Shown in pieces: positions 1-8,989 of a stretch of 64,000 nucleotides of DNA (position 1 is its first letter; every line of letters begins with the position of its first letter). A program made the position numbers and the translations under genes. The notes under the pieces are model-generated. The model was not told where the DNA came from. It did no database searches and saw only the letters and a list, made by a program, of their open reading frames with translations. Location of the stretch: the NCBI RefSeq assembly GCF_053078305.1, contig NZ_CP166879.1. One strand, 5' to 3'.

Positions 1-222
1 CTGTGGGTCCCCAATTTCGGTGTCCAGGAATACATGGGTTATTCCGAACAAATGCTCGAAGTCTTCCCGCACAACTGGACTTTCGATAACGGCTATATGC
101 ATCCGGGAGACAAACCGGGTCTTGGCATCGAATTCGATGAAAAGCTGGCGGCGAAATATCCCTATGAACCTGCTTATCTGCCAGTCGCACGTCTGGAAGA
201 TGGCACGCTGTGGAACTGGTAA
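1..222 (+). CDS. rspA: RspA starvation-sensing protein (enolase-superfamily dehydratase), C-terminal part; 5' end outside window
   Basis: Frame open to window start; C-terminus ...[34 protein letters not shown]; immediately followed by rspB as in E. coli. Confidence 0.8.
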
Positions 223-233
223 GGAGTAAGATA

Positions 234-1253
234 ATGAAAAGCATATTAATTGAAAAACCGAATCAACTGGCGATTGTCGAACGTGAAATACCCACCCCGT
301 CAGCGGGTGAAGTTCGAGTAAAAGTAAAACTTGCCGGAATTTGTGGTTCAGATAGCCATATTTATCGTGGGCATAATCCTTTTGCGAAATATCCGCGCGT
401 CATTGGACATGAATTCTTTGGCGTCATTGATGCGGTGGGTGAAGGTGTGGCAAGCGCCAGAGTCGGTGAACGTGTTGCTGTCGATCCGGTGGTCAGCTGT
501 GGTCATTGCTATCCGTGCTCTATAGGTAAGCCGAACGTTTGTACGACACTGGCTGTATTAGGTGTGCACGCTGACGGTGGTTTCAGTGAATATGCCGTGG
601 TTCCGGCAAAAAATGCGTGGAAAATTCCTGAAGCAGTGGCCGATCAATATGCGGTGATGATCGAACCTTTTACCATTGCGGCTAACGTAACCGGTCATGG
701 TCAACCGACTGAAAATGATACCGTTCTGGTTTACGGTGCCGGTCCAATCGGCCTGACGATCGTTCAGGTATTAAAAGGCGTCTATAACGTTAAAAATGTG
801 ATTGTTGCCGATCGCATTGATGAACGACTGGAAAAAGCGAAAGAGAGCGGGGCTGACTGGGTGATTAATAACAGCCAGACACCGCTTGGCGAGATTTTCG
901 CTGAAAAAGGCATCAAGCCGACATTAATTATCGATGCGGCTTGTCATCCTTCTATCTTGAAAGAGGCCGTAACGCTGGCTTCTCCAGCGGCACGTATTGT
1001 ATTGATGGGGTTCTCCAGTGAACCGTCTGAAGTGATTCAGCAAGGAATTACCGGAAAAGAACTCTCTATTTTCTCTTCACGCTTAAATGCAAATAAATTT
1101 CCGGTCGTTATCGACTGGTTAAGTAAAGGGTTAATTAAACCAGAAAAATTAATTACCCATACGTTTGATTTTCAGCATGTTGCTGATGCCATTAGTTTAT
1201 TTGAACAGGATCAAAAACATTGCTGCAAAGTCTTACTCACTTTTTCTGAATAA
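234..1253 (+). CDS. rspB: RspB zinc-dependent alcohol dehydrogenase-family protein
   Basis: MKSILIEKP... with GxCGSD/GHE zinc-ADH motifs; AGGAG RBS before ATG at 234. Confidence 0.85.
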   Translation: MKSILIEKPNQLAIVEREIPTPSAGEVRVKVKLAGICGSDSHIYRGHNPFAKYPRVIGHEFFGVIDAVGEGVASARVGERVAVDPVVSCGHCYPCSIGKPNVCTTLAVLGVHADGGFSEYAVVPAKNAWKIPEAVADQYAVMIEPFTIAANVTGHGQPTENDTVLVYGAGPIGLTIVQVLKGVYNVKNVIVADRIDERLEKAKESGADWVINNSQTPLGEIFAEKGIKPTLIIDAACHPSILKEAVTLASPAARIVLMGFSSEPSEVIQQGITGKELSIFSSRLNANKFPVVIDWLSKGLIKPEKLITHTFDFQHVADAISLFEQDQKHCCKVLLTFSE

Positions 1254-1310
1254 TACCAATAACGGCGAGTAAGTAGTACGCATCTTACCTCTTTTTTAGA
1301 GATAACCATT

Positions 1311-1418
1311 ATGACAATAGAAAAACACGAAAGAAGCACTAAGGATTTGGTGAAAGCAGCGGTATCGGGATGGCTGGGCACTGCGCTTGAATTTATGGAT
1401 TTCAAGAGTCATGCATAG
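1311..1418 (+). pseudogene. 5' fragment of a host transporter-like gene (ydfJ-like) cut off by prophage integration
   Basis: 35-codon ORF MTIEKHERSTKDLVKAAVSGWLGTALEFMDFKSHA ends where prophage starts; identity to ydfJ is from memory. Confidence 0.35.
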
Positions 1419-1446
1419 TAACCATTTGATAAATATTAAATTAATT

Positions 1447-2721
1447 TTACCCCGCCTTGTTATGGGGCATGGTTGGGGCAAACTCGCTTAGCTGTGTATT
1501 TAACAGCGTTACCTGTGCATTATTATTTTCTGACATCCATTTTCCGTACACCTGAAACACCATTTGCGCATCGGCATGCCCCATCTGGTTTGCTATGAAT
1601 GCAGGATTAGCACCAGCTGTTAGCGACCAGCAGGCATAAGTATGTCTCGACTGATATGATTTTCGGTGGCGGAGTCCTGCTCGTTTTATTGCTGCGTCCC
1701 ACATCTGTCTTATTGAGTCAACAGTAAAATGGTCACCATAATTTTTTACTCTCGCTGACACTTCAGGTTGAAAAACAAAGGTGCATTTTTGTTTTTCTGT
1801 TCTGCCATACTCTCTGAGGTGAACATCAATGATATGCTCTTTGCTCAGTCTCGTTAGTGTCATCTGATTCTGGAGGGCCTCGATTGCTGGCTTAATAAGG
1901 TGAATTACACGATTAGTCCCCGCCTGTGTTTTTGGTACCGTAAAATGGTCTTTTGCTAAATTTCTCCTGATCATCATTGTTCCATTTTTCAGATCTATGT
2001 CCTCCCATCCAAGTGCACACAACTCACCAGGGCGAACGCCAGTATAAACAGAAACACACCACAAATTTTTGGCTTGCTGATTTCTGCACGCATCTATAAG
2101 GCGGATAAATTCCTCCCGCGAAAGAGGATCTGGAATGGTTCTTGATTCCTTTAATGGCGATATCCCCTTAAACGGATTATCTGCCAGGTAGCTGTTATCA
2201 ACACCAAACTGGAACACGGCGTTAAGATTTGTCATGTAATTATTTACGGTAACAGCCGATCTCCCGGGTTGTGTAACAATATAGTTACTTTTGGGGATCT
2301 GGTATCCAGTCAGTAACTCTTTACGAACCTCCAGTAATTTTTCTTTATTAATCGATGAGGCAAGATTTTTTTCACCGATTATGCTCAGGATATTTTTGAT
2401 GACGGCACGGTATGTATTGAGTGAACTTCTGGCAACTTCGGCCTCTTTTAGTGCCAGAAATTTTTCGGCCAGTTCACCTATAGTCAAATTTTGTCTGGCT
2501 TCCCCAAATTTTTCCAGATTGTGGGAGTAGGGGAACTGTTTTGCGTAGTCAAAAATCCCCGTTTTTATTGCGTAACAAACAGAAGCGCGTAGTTCACCAG
2601 CGATGCGTCTGTTTTTTACTGTGTCAGGGACACCGAGGTTTTCCCTGACTCTTACGCCTTTATAAACAAACCAGATGCGTAATGTCCCCCCGTGTTTTTC
2701 TACGCCTGTCGGATATTTCAT
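1447..2721 (-). CDS. int: Tyrosine-type phage integrase
   Basis: 424 aa with C-terminal catalytic region (...HTYACWSL...); sits at prophage/host junction. Confidence 0.8.
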   Translation of the reverse strand: MKYPTGVEKHGGTLRIWFVYKGVRVRENLGVPDTVKNRRIAGELRASVCYAIKTGIFDYAKQFPYSHNLEKFGEARQNLTIGELAEKFLALKEAEVARSSLNTYRAVIKNILSIIGEKNLASSINKEKLLEVRKELLTGYQIPKSNYIVTQPGRSAVTVNNYMTNLNAVFQFGVDNSYLADNPFKGISPLKESRTIPDPLSREEFIRLIDACRNQQAKNLWCVSVYTGVRPGELCALGWEDIDLKNGTMMIRRNLAKDHFTVPKTQAGTNRVIHLIKPAIEALQNQMTLTRLSKEHIIDVHLREYGRTEKQKCTFVFQPEVSARVKNYGDHFTVDSIRQMWDAAIKRAGLRHRKSYQSRHTYACWSLTAGANPAFIANQMGHADAQMVFQVYGKWMSENNNAQVTLLNTQLSEFAPTMPHNKAG

Positions 2722-2755
2722 GCCAGCTTCTCTCGTTGATTAGTGTTGTTTTGGA

Positions 2756-3007
2756 TTAAGCAAGGTGACGTCTTGGCCTTGCCGATGCCTGACGCTCGAT
2801 CCAGCGATCAATTTCTTCCAGATTGTAAAAACATGGGCTGTTATCCCACGGCATGCCGTCATGAGCGACATGTTTATACTCTCTCCCTTCCATAAATGAT
2901 TTTTCCCTGGCTTTTTTCAGTGTTCCTTTTTTTATTCCTTTCAGCGCAATTAACTGCTCTTCAGATACCCATTTGCCGGGAGAGACAATCATGATTACTT
3001 CACTCAT
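2756..3007 (-). CDS. Putative excisionase / small DNA-binding protein
   Basis: 83 aa ORF immediately upstream of int on same strand; position-based call. Confidence 0.45.
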   Translation of the reverse strand: MSEVIMIVSPGKWVSEEQLIALKGIKKGTLKKAREKSFMEGREYKHVAHDGMPWDNSPCFYNLEEIDRWIERQASARPRRHLA

Positions 3008-3077
3008 CGCTTTTTATCTCTTACATCAGATGAGCGCCGGTTGCAGAATACCAGTCACAACCGGCGACGGTTGAACA

Positions 3078-5597
3078 TTAAAAATCAGCCTGATTCGGGA
3101 ACAGTTTTTGCCAGATAACTGAAACGTATTTTGCCTGGTAACGCGCATCGTGCAGGGCATTATGGCGTTCACCCTCAAATGTGATGACGTTGCGGGCATC
3201 GAAATCCATCACCAGTCCCAGGGCAACAATCGTTCTTACATCACGATCGTTGTAGTGACGCCACGGGCAGGGGATTTCTTGTCGTTTATATGAACGGCTT
3301 AAAATTACGTTGTCGAAGTTGGCTCCATTTCCCCAGACCTGAACAAAAAACTCACCGGAGTTTTCGTCTATAAATTCCCGTAATTGTAAAAGCGCATCAT
3401 CAAGCGGTATTCGATCAGCTAAAATGGCGGCACGGGCTTCGCCAGAGCGTTGAAGCCACCATTCGATGGTGCTTATGTCTACAGTGCCACCACATGTATC
3501 CATATCAATTATTTTGCTGAATTCTGGCCCCAGTTCTCCGGTTTGCGGATCGAAAAAGACTGCGCCTATTGAGGCTATTGGTGCGTCAGGATTTTTGCCC
3601 ATCGTTTCAAGGTCAATCATCAGGTGATCCCACATTCTGCTGGTGGATGTGCTTTCACGATGACCGTTCACCTTAATTAAGGGATTTGCTGTCTCGCCTG
3701 TTTCATTATTGCCATTGGCATGTTGATCGCCTTCGGTGCACTCCTTGTTCGGGTGTCCGGCACTTTCCATTTCCTCCAGATCTTTTTCCCGGGCTTCATC
3801 CTGGCTTTCTTCGTTGAATGTCTCCTGGTATGTTGCGTCGCCCATCACCGCGCCACAGTCAGGACAGTTGCCGCCACCGCTCTGACCGCAGGCGGTGCAG
3901 ACTTTTTCCTCTTCCTGTTGCGCTACTGGTTCGGATTGTTTCGTTTCTGGCTCGTCTTGTAACGCATTTTGGCTGTTTTGTTCTGCTTTCTGGTCGTTCT
4001 GTTCCGTTTCTTGCTGGTTCTGGTTCACAGAATCGCAGGTTTCAATCCCCTTAACCCATTTCGAATCATTCGGGTCGCTAATCCCTTCAACAAACTCACC
4101 ACGGGAAGCGGCAAGCAATTTGTCGGCATCTGGTCGACTGATGTCTGCTGCCTCCATAATTTTATTTACTTCTTCAGCAGTAACTTTTACCTGTGACTTG
4201 TCATCCAGCGGCTGCGGGTCCTGATGATGTTCAACTGTATCCGCTGCCATTGTTTCAGCCGTTGCCTGTTCATCTGCCATTGCGCCAGATGGCTGCGGTT
4301 TTTCTTCATCATCCTGTTTTCCTTCTTTTGTTACACGCTGAGGGATAGGGGCAGAGGAGCGACCGCAGGCAATATCCACGATTTCCGGATCAGGGTTGGC
4401 ATGATCGGTTTCGGTCAGTACTTTGTTCAGATATTCGGTAACACGGTGGGGAGTAGCCTCGATACCAATTGGTGCTTCTTTCACGGACGCAACTACTATC
4501 GCGCGGGAATAATCCAGGTGACCAGGCATGGCGATGAATTTGTCACGAAAAACAGAAAAGGGCGGCTTATTCTCTGAAACGATTTCTTCAATGCGTTTGG
4601 CGTGTGCCGGATGTGGATTGTAAATATCGATGTCCATTGAACGGGCCAGAACGCCAGCGGCAACGTCACGTTCCACTGACGCATCATCGTGGACAAAACC
4701 TTCACCGCGATCGGTAAGAATTCCTCCGCCAGCATTAGCGCCGGACGGGGTGCGATTGATTTCAGATACGCAATTTCCCTTTGCCCACTCTTTTGTCAAC
4801 AGCCCCTGATCAAGGTAGTCAGTCTTCATCCAGGTGGAAATGAACTTGTCGAATTCTGCCGGGCTGATACGGCGTGTTGTTGCGTGAGTGAATGCCTTTT
4901 CCACCGAATGCGCCAGTCTTCCAAGATGATGGTTTGTCAGCTTATCCAGCTCAGGATGCGAACGTACTGCAGTAAGCAGGCTCTGTATGTTTCCATCTTC
5001 CATATCCATTTCGATGCGGATCACGTCCTTGCGTTGTTCTGGTGTGGCGTGATGTTTGTATTTCTCGTCGAACTCCTGACCAAAGAAGTAGAGGTGCAGG
5101 AAGCGATGGGTAAGACTCAGGGTGGAGACGGGGATTTCACATTCAGGGCAGTCATCGTTGCTGTCCGGGGATTCGCTTTTATCTGCGTTCTCTGTCTGAG
5201 AGTCACTTTGTTCATCGCAGTCACGGCTGACACCTGTAACAGCTTCGCCGCTGGTATTGTCAGTGCTGGCAGGTTTGTCCTGAGCTGAAGGGGAAGGAGC
5301 TATAAATATCATTGTGATACCATCTTCCCCGCCTTTTTCGTAACGGTTGCAGAATTCAGTATCAAACACGCCTTCTGGAGGAAGGTCATTCACAACGGGT
5401 AAATGGACGCGAACAGGTTTTTTAAAGTCGTCCTCGTCATAATCATTATCATCCATTGCGGTAATGCAGCGGGAGATGGCAACAGATAATTTTTTTGCTG
5501 TAGTCCAGTAAAAACCACCTTTAATCCCAAGGCGTTTTCTGACCTTGTCATTTTTTGCTTCGCAATATAGTGCAAAAGTTTCTTTATCAGTGCTCAT
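3078..5597 (-). CDS. Large phage exonuclease with C-terminal DnaQ-like 3'-5' exonuclease domain
   Basis: 839 aa; C-terminus MIDLETMG...FDNVIL...HNALHDARY (DEDDh-like); acidic low-complexity linker and a Cys4 motif CTACG..CPDCG. Confidence 0.6.
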   Translation of the reverse strand: MSTDKETFALYCEAKNDKVRKRLGIKGGFYWTTAKKLSVAISRCITAMDDNDYDEDDFKKPVRVHLPVVNDLPPEGVFDTEFCNRYEKGGEDGITMIFIAPSPSAQDKPASTDNTSGEAVTGVSRDCDEQSDSQTENADKSESPDSNDDCPECEIPVSTLSLTHRFLHLYFFGQEFDEKYKHHATPEQRKDVIRIEMDMEDGNIQSLLTAVRSHPELDKLTNHHLGRLAHSVEKAFTHATTRRISPAEFDKFISTWMKTDYLDQGLLTKEWAKGNCVSEINRTPSGANAGGGILTDRGEGFVHDDASVERDVAAGVLARSMDIDIYNPHPAHAKRIEEIVSENKPPFSVFRDKFIAMPGHLDYSRAIVVASVKEAPIGIEATPHRVTEYLNKVLTETDHANPDPEIVDIACGRSSAPIPQRVTKEGKQDDEEKPQPSGAMADEQATAETMAADTVEHHQDPQPLDDKSQVKVTAEEVNKIMEAADISRPDADKLLAASRGEFVEGISDPNDSKWVKGIETCDSVNQNQQETEQNDQKAEQNSQNALQDEPETKQSEPVAQQEEEKVCTACGQSGGGNCPDCGAVMGDATYQETFNEESQDEAREKDLEEMESAGHPNKECTEGDQHANGNNETGETANPLIKVNGHRESTSTSRMWDHLMIDLETMGKNPDAPIASIGAVFFDPQTGELGPEFSKIIDMDTCGGTVDISTIEWWLQRSGEARAAILADRIPLDDALLQLREFIDENSGEFFVQVWGNGANFDNVILSRSYKRQEIPCPWRHYNDRDVRTIVALGLVMDFDARNVITFEGERHNALHDARYQAKYVSVIWQKLFPNQADF

Positions 5598-5689
5598 TGA
5601 TAAACCTCATTACTATTTTAAGGTTGTGCGAATCCCTGCCATTGCTGGCATTTTTAATCCGTTTGTATGGCGTTAATATGGCTGGTGGG

Positions 5690-5878
5690 TTATCCAGCCG
5701 GTATTTCGTTATTCAGGTACAGCGATACTTTTTTTAACGGGAGGCATTCGCCAGAAATTTTTTGCTCGTCTCTTGCACGGAGGCATGATTCTTTACTGGC
5801 ATAAATTCCGGTAATCACATTCTGTGGCTCACCCGTTATAAGAAAAACAGTCATTACCAGTGCAAATGCAGAAGTCAC
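5690..5878 (-). CDS. ydfD: YdfD-like small membrane/lysis protein
   Basis: 62 aa, hydrophobic N-terminus, sits directly downstream of dicB as in Qin. Confidence 0.5.
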   Translation of the reverse strand: MTSAFALVMTVFLITGEPQNVITGIYASKESCLRARDEQKISGECLPLKKVSLYLNNEIPAG

Positions 5879-6063
5879 TGCTGCCCCCCGAAAATACCAA
5901 GTTTAAGAAGGGCAATTCTGGAGAGTATGGAATTATCATTGAGAAGATAAGGCTCATATTTTCTCATCTTAATGGCATCTTCAGTAAACTCCCGGTTACT
6001 GAGCAGAACACCAATATCAAAACACCCTTCAGACGTATTAACGTTTGGTAATAACGTTTCCAT
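5875..6063 (-). CDS. dicB: DicB-like cell division inhibitor
   Basis: 62 aa METLLPNVNTSEGCFDIGV... closely matches DicB as I recall it. Confidence 0.75.
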   Translation of the reverse strand: METLLPNVNTSEGCFDIGVLLSNREFTEDAIKMRKYEPYLLNDNSILSRIALLKLGIFGGQQ

Positions 6064-6073
6064 TATCGCGTCC

Positions 6074-6631
6074 TCAACAATGAATTTTTAGTAATTGCTC
6101 CACAGTCATATTTTTAATTGCGCTCCGGTTTACAAGAGTCCAGCCTTGTTTCTCCAGATAAAACTGGAAGGTATCCAGGGTGCAGACCATTGCGCCGTCC
6201 GGAACGGTTTCAGTGAATTTGATATTGCCGTGTTCGTCGAGACGGATAACCAGGGTACGTCCGTCCCCGTGAATCATTTTGTCGGGAGACGGGGCGTTAT
6301 TCTGGCGCAGTTCTTTCTCCATGCGATCGAACTCAGCGATGTAGGCTTCTTTAAATGCAGCGGCTTTTTTGCCGGTGAAGCCCATCACCAGGAAAACGAA
6401 GCCGTTTTTGGTGATTTGGTACATGGGGCGTTTTTCGCCTTTGGCATCGGTGTAGGTAACCGACACAAAATTGTGTTCGTTAAAATTTGATGAGCAGTCT
6501 AAATTGCGAATTTTATCCAGTACTCGCTCGTGACGCTTACCAAAGAACTCTGCAATTGCAACAGACGTAGTGACAGCGCGACCATTTTTGATGGTTACGT
6601 CAGGGTGAGAAAGGGTAGGGATAGTAGCCAT
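6074..6631 (-). CDS. rha: Rha-family phage regulatory protein
   Basis: Internal start MATIPTLSHPDV... with AGAGG RBS; the N-terminal extension of the tracked ORF overlaps a terminator hairpin and is rejected. Confidence 0.6.
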   Translation of the reverse strand: MATIPTLSHPDVTIKNGRAVTTSVAIAEFFGKRHERVLDKIRNLDCSSNFNEHNFVSVTYTDAKGEKRPMYQITKNGFVFLVMGFTGKKAAAFKEAYIAEFDRMEKELRQNNAPSPDKMIHGDGRTLVIRLDEHGNIKFTETVPDGAMVCTLDTFQFYLEKQGWTLVNRSAIKNMTVEQLLKIHC

Positions 6632-6930
6632 AATGGCAGCCTCTTGGTTGAGTATTAATAACTCACCACCAAGGTTTTCCACGACCATAAGGGTGGTGAG
6701 ACGTACAGGGGTGGAAATACCGGTCAACCAAGAATCCGGCCAGCCTTGCGGCTGCCCTGCACGCCCCACCATAATCTGAATGTGGCTGTGCATTACGCAT
6801 AAAAAAACCGCCTGAGCGCGGTTATGCGCTTGATTGAATTCCGGGTTTCCACGCCCGGCACCCGCTTTATGAGGTGCAGATGAACTATAATTCCACCCGT
6901 TCTGGTTTTCAATAGCTACATTCAACATTT
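6632..6930 (-). promoter_or_regulatory. Structured leader with intrinsic-terminator hairpin upstream of rha; homologous to satellite leader at 35684-36045
   Basis: Hairpin ACCGCgctcagGCGGT plus U7 near 6795-6825; conserved blocks shared with second copy. Confidence 0.45.
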
Positions 6931-7119
6931 TCTCTTACCCTTCATCACCGAAGTGAACTTTGTTGATGCAGTGCCTGGTGCCTCCAGGTGACGTTAACCA
7001 GTTAACAATTAACGCCGGAATACAGAAGTATGCCCGTTACGCCCCGTAAAAGACCACTTTACGGTTTTAACTGTTCCGCGTGCGCTTAGCCGCATTCACC
7101 GCATCACAAAATTCACTTT

Positions 7120-7178
7120 AAAAAGGGTGGCAGAGCAGTCACGGAGTAGAACTGATGCCACCAAAGACTACACATGGG
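7120..7178 (-). ncRNA. dicF: DicF-like small RNA
   Basis: Minus strand reads ...ggtggcatcagttctactccgtgactgctctgccaccctttttaaagtgaattttgtgatg, matching recalled DicF core and downstream flank. Confidence 0.6.
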
Positions 7179-7428
7179 TATTGTGGCGGGGCTGTCACTT
7201 AAGCGTATGGTCAACCTGACAACCCGGTGCATTTTCTGGAGCAATGGAGGAAACCCCAGCCATACTTACCGCCGCGCCATTTCGCGGAGTGCCACAACCG
7301 GAAGCGCACGTTCGAAGAAATCTAACGACAAGCCTTCTAAGGGAAAGAGCTTCGCCGTACGCTTTCGCGTTATGCCCTGACTTTTCAGGGTAAATTAACC
7401 AGTGGCAACCTGTTTTTACTGGTGCTAA

Positions 7429-7581
7429 TCAGTTAGTGTTTCTTGCTAACCAGCGACGCGCGCCAGCTTCGGTTTTAAACTTTTTACTTTTGGTATACGT
7501 CATCGCGGTAAACGTGCCGTCCTGGTTAGGGAACACACCGCATACCAGAGATTCGTTGTTGCCAAGATTGAGCGTATCCAT
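7429..7581 (-). CDS. Small ydfA-like protein
   Basis: 50 aa from internal Met (MDTLNLGNNESLV...); first gene of dicB-type operon; identity tentative. Confidence 0.4.
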   Translation of the reverse strand: MDTLNLGNNESLVCGVFPNQDGTFTAMTYTKSKKFKTEAGARRWLARNTN

Positions 7582-7771
7582 GTTGACCTCATTTCCCCTT
7601 AACGCCGGGGTAGCGGAACTGTTTGCTGAGAACACCGTGCGGTGTCTTGATGGATGGTAATTTAGTTTTCTCATTGCGCTTGGTCAAATGTTTTTGATGA
7701 GAAATCTCAATATTTAATACAAAACAAAGCCAATACATTGAAATGTAAGGCTTTAAATTTTGTGAAGGGGG

Positions 7772-8179
7772 TTATTGATGTTTGTTACGTTTGCGAGCTT
7801 CTAGTAGCTCGGTGAATAGGCGATTAAAATTCTCAACGCGGGCACGGAGTTCGCTGATCTGTGCTTGCTGCTCTGATTTTGGAAGTGCGCGATACAATCG
7901 CAACATCTCCAACTCATCTTCCGATAAGTCTAAGGCGCTGTTGAGTGCAACTGGTGGATCTGGTGTTTTATCCTCGTCACCAAACAGTATCCAAGTTGGT
8001 GAACATTGCAATACCTCAGCTAGGCGATGCAAATTTTGCCCGCGCGGGGCTGTATGGTCGCTTTCCCATAGTGAAATTGATGAGCCAGATACGCCAGCAG
8101 CTTTGCTTAAATCGTTTTGACTTAAACCAACCTGTTTGCGTCTTTCTCTAATTCGTTGACCTAAAGTTTTCTCGTTCAT
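7772..8179 (-). CDS. dicA: DicA-like HTH (XRE) repressor
   Basis: 135 aa, N-terminal HTH, ...LQCSPTWILFGDEDK... as in DicA. Confidence 0.8.
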   Translation of the reverse strand: MNEKTLGQRIRERRKQVGLSQNDLSKAAGVSGSSISLWESDHTAPRGQNLHRLAEVLQCSPTWILFGDEDKTPDPPVALNSALDLSEDELEMLRLYRALPKSEQQAQISELRARVENFNRLFTELLEARKRNKHQ

Positions 8180-8256
8180 ATTTAGATATCTTAATAACCC
8201 TTGACTTGAGATTCCTTGAGTGATTACTATTGAGAAAACTCAAGCCTGGAGGGGTG

Positions 8257-8484
8257 ATGTTTAAATCAGACGTAATTAATTTTTATGGGACGAAAGCCAA
8301 AGTAGCGAAAGCTGCTGGTGTTGATCCATCTGCTGTTTCTCAATGGGGGGAACTGGTCCCTGAAGGTCGCGCGATGCGCCTGCAAGAGGCATCCGGCGGG
8401 GAGCTTCAGTATGACCCCAAAGTTTATGACGAATATCGTAAGACGAAGCGGGCGGGGCGGGTGAACAATGAAAATCACTCCTGA
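8257..8484 (+). CDS. dicC: DicC-like Cro-type regulator
   Basis: Divergent from dicA; ...LVPEGRAMRLQEASGGELQYDPKVYDEY...; GGAGGGG RBS. Confidence 0.7.
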   Translation: MFKSDVINFYGTKAKVAKAAGVDPSAVSQWGELVPEGRAMRLQEASGGELQYDPKVYDEYRKTKRAGRVNNENHS

Positions 8485-8989
8485 ACAGGTTTGCGAGGCT
8501 CTGGATGCCTGGGTATGCAGACCAGGAATGACACAGGAGCAGGCGACGATATTAATCACCGAAGCATTCTGGGATCTGAAAGAGCGCCCGAACATCGATG
8601 TTCAGCGTGTCACGTTTGATGATGGCGCGGTTGATCAACGGGCGCTTGGCGTTAACCGGGTGAAGATATTCGAACGCTGGAAGGCTATCGACACCAGGGA
8701 TAAGCGTGAAAAATTCACGGCGCTGATTCCGGCAATTATGGAGGCTATCCGGATTAGTGATTTCAGGTTGTACCGCGAAATTACTGACGGAAAAAGCATT
8801 ACGTACATGATTGCCGGGTTAAACAAAGAATATGGCGATGTGGTGGAGTCCGGGCTGCTTTTTGCAGATCCAGCTGTTGTGGAACGTGAGACAGACGAGC
8901 TTATAGAAAAAGCAATCGCTTTCAAGCGTGCCTATCGTCACCAGTACCAACAAAAAGCCGGATGGAATTATGAGCCTTCTTTTTGCTGA
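8468..8989 (+). CDS. YdaT-like (CII-like) regulatory protein
   Basis: 173 aa directly after Cro-like gene; resemblance to YdaT is from memory. Confidence 0.4.
   Translation: MKITPEQVCEALDAWVCRPGMTQEQATILITEAFWDLKERPNIDVQRVTFDDGAVDQRALGVNRVKIFERWKAIDTRDKREKFTALIPAIMEAIRISDFRLYREITDGKSITYMIAGLNKEYGDVVESGLLFADPAVVERETDELIEKAIAFKRAYRHQYQQKAGWNYEPSFC

Noticed and set aside
3720-5288. Several plus-strand ORFs (3720-3962, 3818-4054, 3895-4224, 3969-4196, 4224-4577, 4689-5288)
   Set aside because: All lie antisense within the 839-aa exonuclease gene and have biased, repetitive composition; treated as shadow ORFs.
6632-6928. N-terminal 99 codons of the 284-aa ORF containing rha
   Set aside because: It contains an intrinsic terminator hairpin and aligns at nucleotide level, with a frame-breaking indel, to the satellite leader; rha is started at the internal MATIPTL Met with a proper RBS.
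8928-8969. Upstream start of the O-like gene
   Set aside because: Would overlap the preceding gene by 62 nt; the internal Met at 8970 is preferred but the start remains uncertain.
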